Shown piece by piece: positions 37,633 through 46,079 of a stretch of 64,000 nucleotides of DNA. The position numbers were made by a program, and so were the translations under genes. The notes under the pieces are model-generated. The model did not search any database, was not told the DNA's origin, and saw nothing but the letters and a program-made list of their open reading frames with translations. Source of the DNA: an uncultured Bacteriovoracaceae bacterium (GTDB lineage Bacteria; Bdellovibrionota; Bacteriovoracia; Bacteriovoracales; Bacteriovoracaceae); NCBI GenBank assembly GCA_950054155.1, contig CATLOT010000004.1, positions 71,098-135,097 of the forward strand. The letters are read 5' to 3'. Every line of letters begins with the position of its first letter. The first letter of the stretch is position 1.

Positions 37633-38148
37633 TTGAAATCATTGGGCTTTTTCCCCTTTATTGTATTCCTCTGCTGGCTCATCCTTGTTTTGATTCGCAT
37701 AGTTAAAAGGAGAAGGCGAAAGCGAAGGGTATTGGAGCAACTTTTTCAAAAGGACCTTAAAGAAGGACTTTCTCTAGTGAGCTCTGATTACATCATTGAT
37801 AAGAGAGGGAGGGAGCGAAGTAATCCGATAGAGAGACGGTTTCGTCGCCGCTACCTTTTTGACCTTCTCGAAGTCTTTGAGAATCGCTGTGCTGCTTGCA
37901 AGAAAGAGGCAATAAAGTTTGATTTGGACCATTTCTTTATTCCAAAGAGTCGTGGAGGAAATCTCATGATGAGGCATAAGAAAGGATATTGGGTTTGTAA
38001 TGCCCTTACTCTTTGTCATCCTTGTAACCAAAAGAAGAAAGATCTTGCGGCTCAGGAATTTTTTGAACCGCAAGAGCTTGAAGTGTTACGCGAGAAGATC
38101 GGTTTGGTTTCCCTAAGAATTAACGATTTTCACCAAGTTGACGAATAA
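37633..38148 (+). CDS. HNH endonuclease-domain protein with N-terminal transmembrane anchor
   Basis: TM helix 'FFPFIVFLCWLILVLIRIV' followed by RRRRKRR. HNH core 'CAACKKEAIKFDLDHFFIPKSRGGN...NALTLCHPCNQKK'. TTG start behind AAGGAGA. Confidence 0.65.
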   Translation: MKSLGFFPFIVFLCWLILVLIRIVKRRRRKRRVLEQLFQKDLKEGLSLVSSDYIIDKRGRERSNPIERRFRRRYLFDLLEVFENRCAACKKEAIKFDLDHFFIPKSRGGNLMMRHKKGYWVCNALTLCHPCNQKKKDLAAQEFFEPQELEVLREKIGLVSLRINDFHQVDE

Positions 38149-38482
38149 AGCGCTCAACGTATTCAAGTCTTGAGCGATCAACACTTGGTCCTCCAAGAGG
38201 CATAGAACCATCTTCCATTCTTAAATAGAAGGGGCTGCTAAAGGGTTCACCGGGAGTAACTCTTGAGAGTAATCCCTCTTCATTATTCGCCCACCTACTA
38301 TGACAATTGATACAGCCAAATGGCTCTAAAATATTCGCTCTTATATCTGCGTACGTTATGATTTCATCGGGGCTACCGGGTTCAATAGTAGGGGCTTCTT
38401 GAAAGATGAGGTCTTCTCTTGTTCCTGTTTCTACACATGAAGTTAATGAAGTGAGTAATAAAAGAGCGATAAAAGTTTTCAT
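38120..38482 (-). CDS. Lipoprotein with c-type cytochrome-like (PSCyt1-like) CxxCH domain
   Basis: ATGA overlap with the upstream stop, lipobox 'LLTSLTSCV', and 'ILEPFGCINCHSRW...VTPGEPFSSPFYLRMEDGSMPLGG'. Confidence 0.55.
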   Translation of the reverse strand: MKTFIALLLLTSLTSCVETGTREDLIFQEAPTIEPGSPDEIITYADIRANILEPFGCINCHSRWANNEEGLLSRVTPGEPFSSPFYLRMEDGSMPLGGPSVDRSRLEYVERFIRQLGENR

Positions 38483-39549
38483 AGGAACCATCCATTAAAG
38501 TAGATTTGAAAGATTGACTGGAATTTAGAGCCTGTGTGGGTATTTCTTTTGGCATCATATTCAAGGCTTAAGTTGGACAAGGGCTTTAAACGAAGACCAT
38601 GACCATAGCGAGTTGCTTTGGTGAGGAAGGGGTCTTCAACATCAATATTTTCCCAATTGAAGTAGACTTCAAGACTTTCTAAGGGAAAGAGGCGAGAGCT
38701 TAAAAGAGCGGTTCTTTGATTAAAGCTCTTGTCATCAGATCTGATTTCTCTATGAGTGAGACCATATTGTCCAAGGAGCACAAGATGTTTCCATGCTTTC
38801 TTAAAACTAATATTCACTTCGCGCCGTTTGAGGGTATCGGTTTGTCCTCCTAATGCAGAGAGGGCGAGAACCCATTTCTGTTCTGGCATAAAGCGCTCTA
38901 CCTTTAGGGCAAGACCCTTCTCTTGGTTTTCTGAGAACTCTTGAAAGCTTGGCATAAAGAGGGTTGGAATCACTTTCCAGTTTTTCTTTAACGTGTGGGA
39001 GGAGCGAAGAATGGTAAAGAAATCAGTGACGCCTCTTTTATTATTCCTTCTCACAAATAAGGTGTGATCGATGAGATTAAGGCCGCTATCAATATAGTCC
39101 CTTCCCAGTTGAATGATATTTTCTTTATCAAGCTCATAGCTGACAAGGGCTTTGCGAACGTAGATTTCCTCCGCGAAGCTCGACTCCTCTTCATTGCTTT
39201 CATCTTTTGGGGCTTTTGCAAGAGTTCCTTCTATGGTGAATTTGTCTCTTTGAAAGGCAGCGAGATAATCAAATTGCATCGGGAAGTTTCGTGTTTGCCC
39301 ATTGCTTCTGTAATGGGCGAGTCGTGTTTGGAGCCCCTGTGAGAAATTTGATTTCTTTGGCATTTCCATTTTTGAAAACGCAGAGAATTGTTGCGCTATC
39401 ACCTTGCCATAGGAATTGAGTAGGCCGGCACCCGTTTGAGAGAGATGACAGGTGACACAGCTGGCATAACCATGGCGAATCATCGATTCGTAAGCATGAG
39501 CCTTGAATGGAAGGGTAAGACTACTTAAGAGTAGCAGTAACTTTAACAT
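38479..39549 (-). CDS. Predicted outer-membrane beta-barrel protein carrying an N-terminal CxxCH motif
   Basis: Start moved to ATG 39549 (signal peptide MLKLLLLLSSLTLPFKAHA|Y). Contains 'HGYASCVTCHLSQTGAGLLNSYGK', then about 300 aa of alternating beta-strand-like sequence ending '...FQIYFNGWFL'. Confidence 0.5.
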   Translation of the reverse strand: MLKLLLLLSSLTLPFKAHAYESMIRHGYASCVTCHLSQTGAGLLNSYGKVIAQQFSAFSKMEMPKKSNFSQGLQTRLAHYRSNGQTRNFPMQFDYLAAFQRDKFTIEGTLAKAPKDESNEEESSFAEEIYVRKALVSYELDKENIIQLGRDYIDSGLNLIDHTLFVRRNNKRGVTDFFTILRSSHTLKKNWKVIPTLFMPSFQEFSENQEKGLALKVERFMPEQKWVLALSALGGQTDTLKRREVNISFKKAWKHLVLLGQYGLTHREIRSDDKSFNQRTALLSSRLFPLESLEVYFNWENIDVEDPFLTKATRYGHGLRLKPLSNLSLEYDAKRNTHTGSKFQSIFQIYFNGWFL

Positions 39550-39994
39550 TATCTTTAACCTTGACCCCCATAAATTCGGGTTTCGTAATACCAAAAGCAT
39601 TGAGGCTAATGGTGTGAGTAAGTTTAAAGAGATCATCCCCCTCCTGAGTTAAAGGGATTTCCACTTCTTTTGTTGTTTGAGAGATGGTTAACTTTCCTTT
39701 GAGAATGCACTTCTGGGTGCAGTCCTTCTTGCCTTCAAAAATGATGGGCTTATTTTTAAAAATCTGCTCACGCATGTGCTCATCTCTCAGAGACATCTCT
39801 GTTGTGAGGTCTTGTGGATTAATTTGAAGCTTTTTAGTGTTGCCCTGATCGATTGATTTTTTCTCAGAGAGTTTTCCGACAAAGGAAAATCCGGCCATAT
39901 TGGTTTTGACTGAAAAGTTTAAGTCAATAACTTGCCTGAGTTGACTTGCTTGAATAGAGCTCACTGCTAGAAGAGTAACAAGTATGAATTTCAT
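39521..39994 (-). CDS. YceI-like periplasmic (polyisoprenoid-binding fold) protein
   Basis: Signal peptide and 'INPQDLTTEMSLRDEHMREQIFKNKPIIFEG', which matches the YceI 'Tg...RD.H$' block. Confidence 0.55.
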   Translation of the reverse strand: MKFILVTLLAVSSIQASQLRQVIDLNFSVKTNMAGFSFVGKLSEKKSIDQGNTKKLQINPQDLTTEMSLRDEHMREQIFKNKPIIFEGKKDCTQKCILKGKLTISQTTKEVEIPLTQEGDDLFKLTHTISLNAFGITKPEFMGVKVKDNVKVTATLK

Positions 39995-40043
39995 GGTTCC
40001 TCCAAAGTTAGAGAGGGGGCTATTCCCCCCTCAAAAAGTAGAC

Positions 40044-40415
40044 TTAAAGTTCGATGATGTGCCAGACACCCTGAAGGCCATCTCCTAGAATATCGCCTTC
40101 AGCTTGATCACTGATAAAGAAGTAGAGAGGTTGATCATTGAGCATGAGCTGAAGTGAGCCATCTGGACGCTCATGGGTGGCAAAAGGAGCTTCCACAAGA
40201 GCATCAGTAGAAACCGTCATCGCTGGCCATACTGTGAGGCACCCTCCAAAGCAATTGGATTGACCAGGACTGTCGACATCAAAAGTGTAGAGAGTGAGAC
40301 CATTGTCAGCAGCAAGAATGGTGCGACCATCGTTAAGAGTCACTTCTCTTACTCCTTCAAAGGCAAGAGTGCTCGCTGTCATTAAAATGAGAAGTAGGCT
40401 TAGGATCTTTTTCAT
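40044..40415 (-). CDS. COG4315-type secreted protein with Yx(FWY)xxD repeats
   Basis: Signal peptide. 'LTLYTFDVDSPGQSNCFGGCLTVWPA' and a second repeat 'PLYFFISDQAEGD'. Confidence 0.65.
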   Translation of the reverse strand: MKKILSLLLILMTASTLAFEGVREVTLNDGRTILAADNGLTLYTFDVDSPGQSNCFGGCLTVWPAMTVSTDALVEAPFATHERPDGSLQLMLNDQPLYFFISDQAEGDILGDGLQGVWHIIEL

Positions 40416-40509
40416 CGTTTTCTCCGTTACAAAAAAGGGACTGGTTTATTCCAGTTGGGCTCATTATGGAGAGGAGAGAGGGAAATTGTTATCTACTTGT
40501 ATTGACAAA

Positions 40510-42222
40510 ATGGTGCAATATGGTGAAATGGAGATGATGAAAAAAAATGAAAAGACCCTCTTTGAAGCTGGTAAGTACCTAGAAGTACTAAAGGTTTTTG
40601 AAGCTAAAGAGAAGAAGCCTAATAAGTACAAAATAGGCGCTCTTGTCTTTCTCGGAAGAGAAACTGAGGCCCGTGTTCTCTCGGAGGCACTTCTAGAGGG
40701 TGTTAATGAAGCCGTTGAGATTCACTTTCTTCTCCTTCTCTCCTCAGTGAGGCGTCAGGACTTTGAGAGAATGAAGAGAGATCTTCGCTCACTTTACGCC
40801 TCTTTTCAAAAGAGTAGAGGAAAGAGGGAGCGCTTCTTTGTTCATCAAGGACTAGGAATTATCTCTTTTTATCGCGGTGAATTTCTGAGGTGTTGTGAAC
40901 ATAGTCAAAAGGCCTTTAAGATTGCTCTTCATCTTGATGATCCTTATCTTTGTATGCTTTCCAATGATCTCCTTGGCCATGCTTACTGTATGCGAGAGCA
41001 GTACTCCTTGGGCTTGCGCCATTTTGAGGATTCCTCAAGGTTTTCTCAAAAAATCTCTAATGACTCCAACCATCAAGTTATTGCTCTCGCTAAAATTGCT
41101 TATCGAATTGAGGCAGGATGGGAGTTAAAGGACACCACCACTGAGCTTAAGAACTGGATGGAAACAATCAGTCCTCAAGACTTTTTTTCAAGGACAAGGG
41201 CGATGCTCATGCGCTCAAAGCTATTACAACTTAAGGGAGACTTTAAAAGAGCAGAAGACTCTTTACTTGAGGTTAGTCGCCATGTTTATGAGTTTAACCA
41301 TGCCCGACAAATACTCGATTATAACCTCTTAATGAGTCAATTTAGTCTTCTTATTAATCAGCCAGAAAGAGCTTTAGCACTGGTGCGAACGTCTTTGCAT
41401 CTTTGTCAAAAGGGGAGAGACTTCTATAGCTCACTTCGTTTTAAAGAGCTGGAAAACACGATTCAAAAAGACACCCAGGTTGAGCTGAGTTTAGCTCATC
41501 TCGCTGAGAAGACGGGAATCAATCCTCGAATGAAGTTTCCTTTAGGGATTATTCCAGAACAGGATATTGAAAAATTATTAGGGAGAGTAAAAATAAAAAA
41601 AGGACTTCCAAGTGACGTGGTCTACCATCTTGAAAAAGAAGAAAAGCTTGGACTCCTTTTGCTTTCAAAGTTCTATCCTTATCAAAACTTTATCGATGAC
41701 AGATTGCCCGAAAGAGATATGCTTCTCTTCTTTCAGGGGCAGATTAAGGTTCTTCGTCATCTTAGTGCCCTTCAATACGAGCTTTTAAAACTCCTTTTAA
41801 CAAGAAAGCTCTGGAGCCGTAAGGATCTCGTGGAAACCTTTTGGCAAACACCCTATGATTCTTTTATTCACGATAATAAGCTCTATGTGACCCTTCAGCG
41901 CTTGAAAAAGCGTCTTGGAGTCCCTCTTTTTCACTTTGAAATGGGGAGTTTGCATGTGGCCTCGGTAAAGATCTATACAGATCAAAGAGAGTACTTTAGT
42001 GAAAAAATGGATACTGAGCTTTGGGATGACTCTGAACTTAATATCAGACAGCGCCAATTTCTAAAGAGTGTGCCAAAGGGATCCCTTATAAGGCCCACTG
42101 ACTATAAAGATAAATTTAAGGTGTCCCGCAATACCTGTAGCCGTGATCTCAGCGCTCTTGTAAAGAGTAATTTTTTAATAAAAAGGGGGAAGGGAGCTGG
42201 GACATATTATCAAGTCATTTGA
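40510..42222 (+). CDS. Large transcriptional regulator: TPR-like helical N-region + OmpR-type wHTH + extra C-terminal wHTH
   Basis: The listed ORF start (40294) lies inside the opposite-strand gene. The first plausible starts are ATG 40510..40537. Contains 'LSALQYELLKLLLTRKLWSRKDLVETFWQ...NKLYVTLQRLKKRLG' and C-terminal 'FKVSRNTCSRDLSALVKSNFLIKRGKGAGTYYQV'. Confidence 0.55.
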   Translation: MVQYGEMEMMKKNEKTLFEAGKYLEVLKVFEAKEKKPNKYKIGALVFLGRETEARVLSEALLEGVNEAVEIHFLLLLSSVRRQDFERMKRDLRSLYASFQKSRGKRERFFVHQGLGIISFYRGEFLRCCEHSQKAFKIALHLDDPYLCMLSNDLLGHAYCMREQYSLGLRHFEDSSRFSQKISNDSNHQVIALAKIAYRIEAGWELKDTTTELKNWMETISPQDFFSRTRAMLMRSKLLQLKGDFKRAEDSLLEVSRHVYEFNHARQILDYNLLMSQFSLLINQPERALALVRTSLHLCQKGRDFYSSLRFKELENTIQKDTQVELSLAHLAEKTGINPRMKFPLGIIPEQDIEKLLGRVKIKKGLPSDVVYHLEKEEKLGLLLLSKFYPYQNFIDDRLPERDMLLFFQGQIKVLRHLSALQYELLKLLLTRKLWSRKDLVETFWQTPYDSFIHDNKLYVTLQRLKKRLGVPLFHFEMGSLHVASVKIYTDQREYFSEKMDTELWDDSELNIRQRQFLKSVPKGSLIRPTDYKDKFKVSRNTCSRDLSALVKSNFLIKRGKGAGTYYQVI

Positions 42223-42286
42223 CTATAATTGATGAATTAGCATATCCTCAACCTTATCTCATATCGTCATTCTTAGGACCAAAATC

Positions 42287-43906
42287 ATGCTCAATATAAG
42301 TCAAGTTTCAAAGCTCCAAGGAGGAGAAGTCCTCTATAGTAATGTTAATTTTCAGATCTATCCTGGAGAAAAAGTCGGTCTTGTTGGCCCTAACGGTACC
42401 GGGAAAACGACACTCTTTAGGATGATCATTGGCGAGGATAAATCCTTTGAGGGACAAGTGAGTTTTCCCGAAAAACTACGGCTCGCTTATTTTTCTCAAA
42501 ATGTTGGAGAAATGAAAGGAGCAACTGCTCTAGAGGTTGTTCTCAGTGGTGATGAAAAAGTTCAAAAACTACAGGATGAATTAAAAGGGTATGAAGAAAA
42601 GCTCTGTGATCCCGATCTTGATCCTGATGAAATGAATAAAATTCTTGAGCGCATGGGTGATGCTCAAACGGAGTTTGAAAAACGTGGCGGTTATGATCTC
42701 GAGTCACGGGCAGAAGAAGTATTAACGGGGCTTGGTATTATGCCTGAAGATCATCGTAAGGATGTTTCTGAGTTTAGTGGGGGCTGGAAAATGCGAATTG
42801 CCCTTGCAAGAGTTCTCGTTATTAAGCCCGATCTTATTATTATGGATGAGCCTACAAACTATTTGGACCTAGAGACTATTCTATGGCTTGAAGAGTGGTT
42901 GCAAAACTTTGAGGGTGCTATTTTCATGACTACCCACGATCGTGATTTCATGAATAGCATCTGTAATAAAATTGTCGAAGTTGCACATCGGAGAGTGACG
43001 GTTTATTCAGGAAATTATGACTTCTATGAAAAGGAGCGTGAAGTTCGTCGAGCCCAGCTCGTTAGTGAGGCTAAGAAACAGCAGGAAAGTATTGCTAAGG
43101 ATGAGGAATTTATTGCTCGCTTCAAAGCGCGAGCTTCTCACGCTGCTCAAGTTCAGTCTCGTGTAAAGAAACTTGAAAAAATCGATCGAGTGGAAGTCCC
43201 GGCTGAAGAAGAGAGTATTAATTTTGAATTCCCAACTCCGCCACGGGGTGGTGATGATGTCATTGTTATTAAGGAACTTGCTAAAACGTGGCCAAAGCCA
43301 GATGGAAGTGAGCTTCAAGTCTTTAATGGACTGGACACTCTTATTAAGAGGCAAGATAAAGTCGCTGTTGTTGGAGTTAATGGCGCAGGAAAGTCGACCC
43401 TTCTCAAAACCATATGTGGCCATACTGAGCCTACCGCCGGTACTGTTCAAATAGGTCCTTCAATTAAGCTAGGCTACTTCAGTCAATTCTCTTTTGATGT
43501 TCTCAATCCCGAAAGTACAGTTCTTGAAGAAGCTCAGGGGGCATTACCAGAGGCAAGTGATGGTTATTTAAGAAACCTCCTCGCGGCCTTTCTCTTTCGC
43601 GGAGATGATGTGAAAAAGAAGGTTCGCCACCTCTCTGGTGGTGAAAAAAGTAGGCTTCTCCTCGCTGTCCTTCTTTCACAAAATAATAACCTCCTTATTT
43701 TAGATGAGCCCACTAACCATCTTGATATCCAGTCACGTGAAGTTCTCCTAACTGCTCTAAAGAAATTTGAAGGAACGATTGTCTTTGTCAGTCACGATCG
43801 TCACTTTCTAAGAGAGCTCACTGAGAAGGTTTATGAAGTGGGGCAGCAAAAGGTGACCATTTACCCCGGCAATTATGATTATTATTTGCAAAAAACAGCA
43901 CCTTAA
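42287..43906 (+). CDS. ABC-F family ATPase (both sites canonical)
   Basis: 'GPNGTGKTT' and 'GVNGAGKST'; 'FSGGWKMR' and 'LSGGEKSR'; 'IIMDEPTNYLD' and 'LILDEPTNHLD'; charged inter-domain linker. Confidence 0.85.
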   Translation: MLNISQVSKLQGGEVLYSNVNFQIYPGEKVGLVGPNGTGKTTLFRMIIGEDKSFEGQVSFPEKLRLAYFSQNVGEMKGATALEVVLSGDEKVQKLQDELKGYEEKLCDPDLDPDEMNKILERMGDAQTEFEKRGGYDLESRAEEVLTGLGIMPEDHRKDVSEFSGGWKMRIALARVLVIKPDLIIMDEPTNYLDLETILWLEEWLQNFEGAIFMTTHDRDFMNSICNKIVEVAHRRVTVYSGNYDFYEKEREVRRAQLVSEAKKQQESIAKDEEFIARFKARASHAAQVQSRVKKLEKIDRVEVPAEEESINFEFPTPPRGGDDVIVIKELAKTWPKPDGSELQVFNGLDTLIKRQDKVAVVGVNGAGKSTLLKTICGHTEPTAGTVQIGPSIKLGYFSQFSFDVLNPESTVLEEAQGALPEASDGYLRNLLAAFLFRGDDVKKKVRHLSGGEKSRLLLAVLLSQNNNLLILDEPTNHLDIQSREVLLTALKKFEGTIVFVSHDRHFLRELTEKVYEVGQQKVTIYPGNYDYYLQKTAP

Positions 43907-44002
43907 TACGATAGACAAAAGTTATCAAAGGTTGGAATTCTCATTGTAAAATGTGACAATACGAAAAGTTATGAATGTCACTTTATCTTAAGGAGAATGA
44001 GC

Positions 44003-44482
44003 ATGAGTACAACCGTATTAAATACTGGAATTAATGAAGACAAGAGAAATGAAATTGCGAATGGACTAAAGAAAGTTCTCGCTGAAACTTATACTCTTTA
44101 TTTAAAGACGCATAAATACCACTGGAATGTAACAGGACCAATGTTCCAATCTCTTCACCTTATGTTTGAAGAACATTACATGGCGCTTGCTACTGCTGTT
44201 GATGAAATTGCAGAACGTGTTCGTGTCCTGGGTGAACTTGCCCCAGGTAGTTACGCAGAGTTCACAGAGCTCTCTTCTGTAAAAGAAGATCCATCAATGG
44301 GGGCTGCAGCTCAAGATATGATTAAAACTCTACTTTCTGATCATGAGCAAATCACAAGAACTGTAAAAGATGTCCTACCTCTTCTTGAAGATGCAAATGA
44401 TGAAGGGACAAATAGTCTTCTTGGCGCAAGAATTGAGTTCCATGAGAAGACGGCTTGGATGCTTAAGTCACTTCTTCACTAG
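44003..44482 (+). CDS. dps: Dps family DNA-protection/ferritin-like protein
   Basis: 'LAETYTLYLKTHKYHWNVTGPMFQSLHLMFEEHY' and 'DEIAERVRVLG'. ATG 44003 is preferred (6 nt after AGGAGA) over 43997. Confidence 0.85.
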   Translation: MSTTVLNTGINEDKRNEIANGLKKVLAETYTLYLKTHKYHWNVTGPMFQSLHLMFEEHYMALATAVDEIAERVRVLGELAPGSYAEFTELSSVKEDPSMGAAAQDMIKTLLSDHEQITRTVKDVLPLLEDANDEGTNSLLGARIEFHEKTAWMLKSLLH

Positions 44483-44498
44483 GATAGAGGAAAGAGAG

Positions 44499-45449
44499 AT
44501 GGCGAGTATCACTCAACTTGAATACCTCCTTGCGGTTGAAGAGGAAAAGCACTTTGGGCGAGCAGCCCAAAAGTGCCATGTGGCGCAGCCCTCACTTTCT
44601 ATTCAAATTCAAAAGCTAGAGGAAGAATTAGAGACAGTCATTTTTGATCGTTCTCGAAAGCCTATCCGGATAAGTGAAGAGGGTAGAGCGATCGTTGAAC
44701 AGGCGAGGGTTATATTAAAAGAGCATAAGAAGCTTTTTACACTCGCTGAGGAGGGAGCAAGTGAAGCGCGAGGTGAATTTCATCTTGCAGTGATTCCTAC
44801 ACTTTCTCCCTACCTCATTCCTCTCTTTTTAGGGAAGTTCTCTCAAATGTTTCCTAAAGTTGAACTTAAAATAAGAGAAGCTCAAACAGAGGATATTATT
44901 CGTCTTCTTAAAAGTGATCAAATTGATGGTGGTCTTCTCGTGACCCCCCTTCAAGATGAGCAAATCATTGAAAGACACCTGTTCTTTGAGCCGTTCTATG
45001 CCTACTTTTCAAAGCATCATTCTCTTCTGAAGAAAAGTCGCCTTAAAGACAGTGACCTCAATGGTGAGGACCTGTGGCTCCTTGAAGAAGGGCATTGTTT
45101 TCGAAATCAAATGCTCAATGTCTGCTCTATTGGGCGAGACAATCGGGTGATGGCCAATGTCGAATTTTCAAGTGGGAGTTTAGAAACGCTAGTTCAGCTT
45201 GTGAAGAAGAATGATGGCTTCACTCTACTGCCAGAGTTGGCGGTGACTTCACTTTCCGCTGCCGAAAAAAAGCAGTTAAGAGGCTTTTCTAAACCAGTAC
45301 CAACCCGTGAGGTGAGTTTGGTGCATAGCCGCTCTTTCTTAAAGGAGAAAATTCTTCAATCCTTGGAGACCTGTATTTTGGATAGTATCCCCAAGGAAGT
45401 GAAGTCTTTAAAGAAGGGCAATATCAACGTAGTTGATATTAAGAACTAA
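44499..45449 (+). CDS. oxyR: LysR-family peroxide-sensing regulator OxyR
   Basis: 'ITQLEYLLAVEEEKHFGRAAQKCHVAQPSLSIQIQKLEEEL' and the redox pair context 'LLEEGHCFRNQMLNVCS'. Lies adjacent to dps. Start moved from the listed 44370 to ATG 44499. Confidence 0.8.
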   Translation: MASITQLEYLLAVEEEKHFGRAAQKCHVAQPSLSIQIQKLEEELETVIFDRSRKPIRISEEGRAIVEQARVILKEHKKLFTLAEEGASEARGEFHLAVIPTLSPYLIPLFLGKFSQMFPKVELKIREAQTEDIIRLLKSDQIDGGLLVTPLQDEQIIERHLFFEPFYAYFSKHHSLLKKSRLKDSDLNGEDLWLLEEGHCFRNQMLNVCSIGRDNRVMANVEFSSGSLETLVQLVKKNDGFTLLPELAVTSLSAAEKKQLRGFSKPVPTREVSLVHSRSFLKEKILQSLETCILDSIPKEVKSLKKGNINVVDIKN

Positions 45450-45703
45450 TTATCAATACTGCCCATAACTCTCTTCATAAAATTATTGAGAGCATCTTTT
45501 TGGGCTGTTCCTGTTTTAATATCCTTAGCAACCTCAACTGAGCCGTACATATTCGAGAGGAGCTCGCCAATTGTGTTGAGCTCTTCGTCCTTGAGGCCTT
45601 TGGCCAAAGAGACATGTTCGAGAACCTCAATGGCCTCAAGAATATAGTCCTCATCGTTGGTTTGGATAAATTCAACAAGGTTTTTAATGACAGGAAGTTT
45701 CAT
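45446..45703 (-). CDS. Small helical hypothetical protein (85 aa) downstream of thioredoxin
   Basis: ORF with a 12-bp gap to the thioredoxin gene. No motif recognised. Confidence 0.45.
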   Translation of the reverse strand: MKLPVIKNLVEFIQTNDEDYILEAIEVLEHVSLAKGLKDEELNTIGELLSNMYGSVEVAKDIKTGTAQKDALNNFMKRVMGSIDN

Positions 45704-45715
45704 GAGGTCCCTCTC

Positions 45716-46024
45716 TTATGAGTTAAGCTTATCCACAAGTTCCTGAACAATTTCAATTTTATTGCCTTGAGTTTGCTCGACGAGTTCGCCTCCACTAAAG
45801 GCCGCAAAGGTGGGAAGGTTGCTCACCGTCGCAAGTTGACGACTATTGGGAAGCTTTTCGGCATCAACATAAACGAAGGCGATGCTTTCATTTTCAGAAG
45901 CAAGATTTTTTACTTTTGGCTTGATCATTCGGCAATTTCCACACCATCCGGCACCATATTGAACGAGGACTTTTGTATGTGTTTGGACAAATTCATCGAG
46001 AGTGTCAGTTTCTAAATCGATCAT
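45716..46024 (-). CDS. Thioredoxin-family protein (CGNC active site)
   Basis: 'VLVQYGAGWCGNCRMIKPK' and 'VSNLPTFAAFSGGE' (cis-Pro region). Confidence 0.75.
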   Translation of the reverse strand: MIDLETDTLDEFVQTHTKVLVQYGAGWCGNCRMIKPKVKNLASENESIAFVYVDAEKLPNSRQLATVSNLPTFAAFSGGELVEQTQGNKIEIVQELVDKLNS

Positions 46025-46079
46025 ATAATCTCCTAGGATTAAGAAGGTGAATTGCGCCTATTTTACTAGAGCTTCGTGT

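Noticed and set aside
18536-38148. Frequent convergent 3'-end overlaps (18536..18562, 22900..22914, 34189..34217, 38120..38148, 45446..45449) as a special regulatory feature
   Set aside because: They are real in the sequence but are most simply explained by general genome compaction. I have no evidence of functional antisense regulation.
40294-40509. N-terminal extension of the 642-aa regulator ORF
   Set aside because: The first 72 codons lie antisense to the well-supported COG4315 gene (40044..40415). Start moved to 40510 or later.
43007-43454. ORFs 43007..43450 (-) and 43173..43454 (+) inside the second ABC-F gene
   Set aside because: They are embedded in an ORF with complete, canonical ABC-F motifs, so they are shadow frames.
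43907-43996. OxyR operator upstream of dps
   Set aside because: There is an ATAG-N7-TTAT fragment, but I could not find the four-fold ATAG/CTAT arrangement at 10-bp phasing. Not supportable by eye.
44370-44498. N-terminal extensions of listed ORFs for oxyR (44370), metG (46722), DUF898 (16320), SIP (14826), the AsmA-like gene (36240) and the CxxCH barrel (39636)
   Set aside because: Each extension overlaps the preceding well-supported gene and precedes an internal Met that gives a canonical family N-terminus or signal peptide, usually with an SD.
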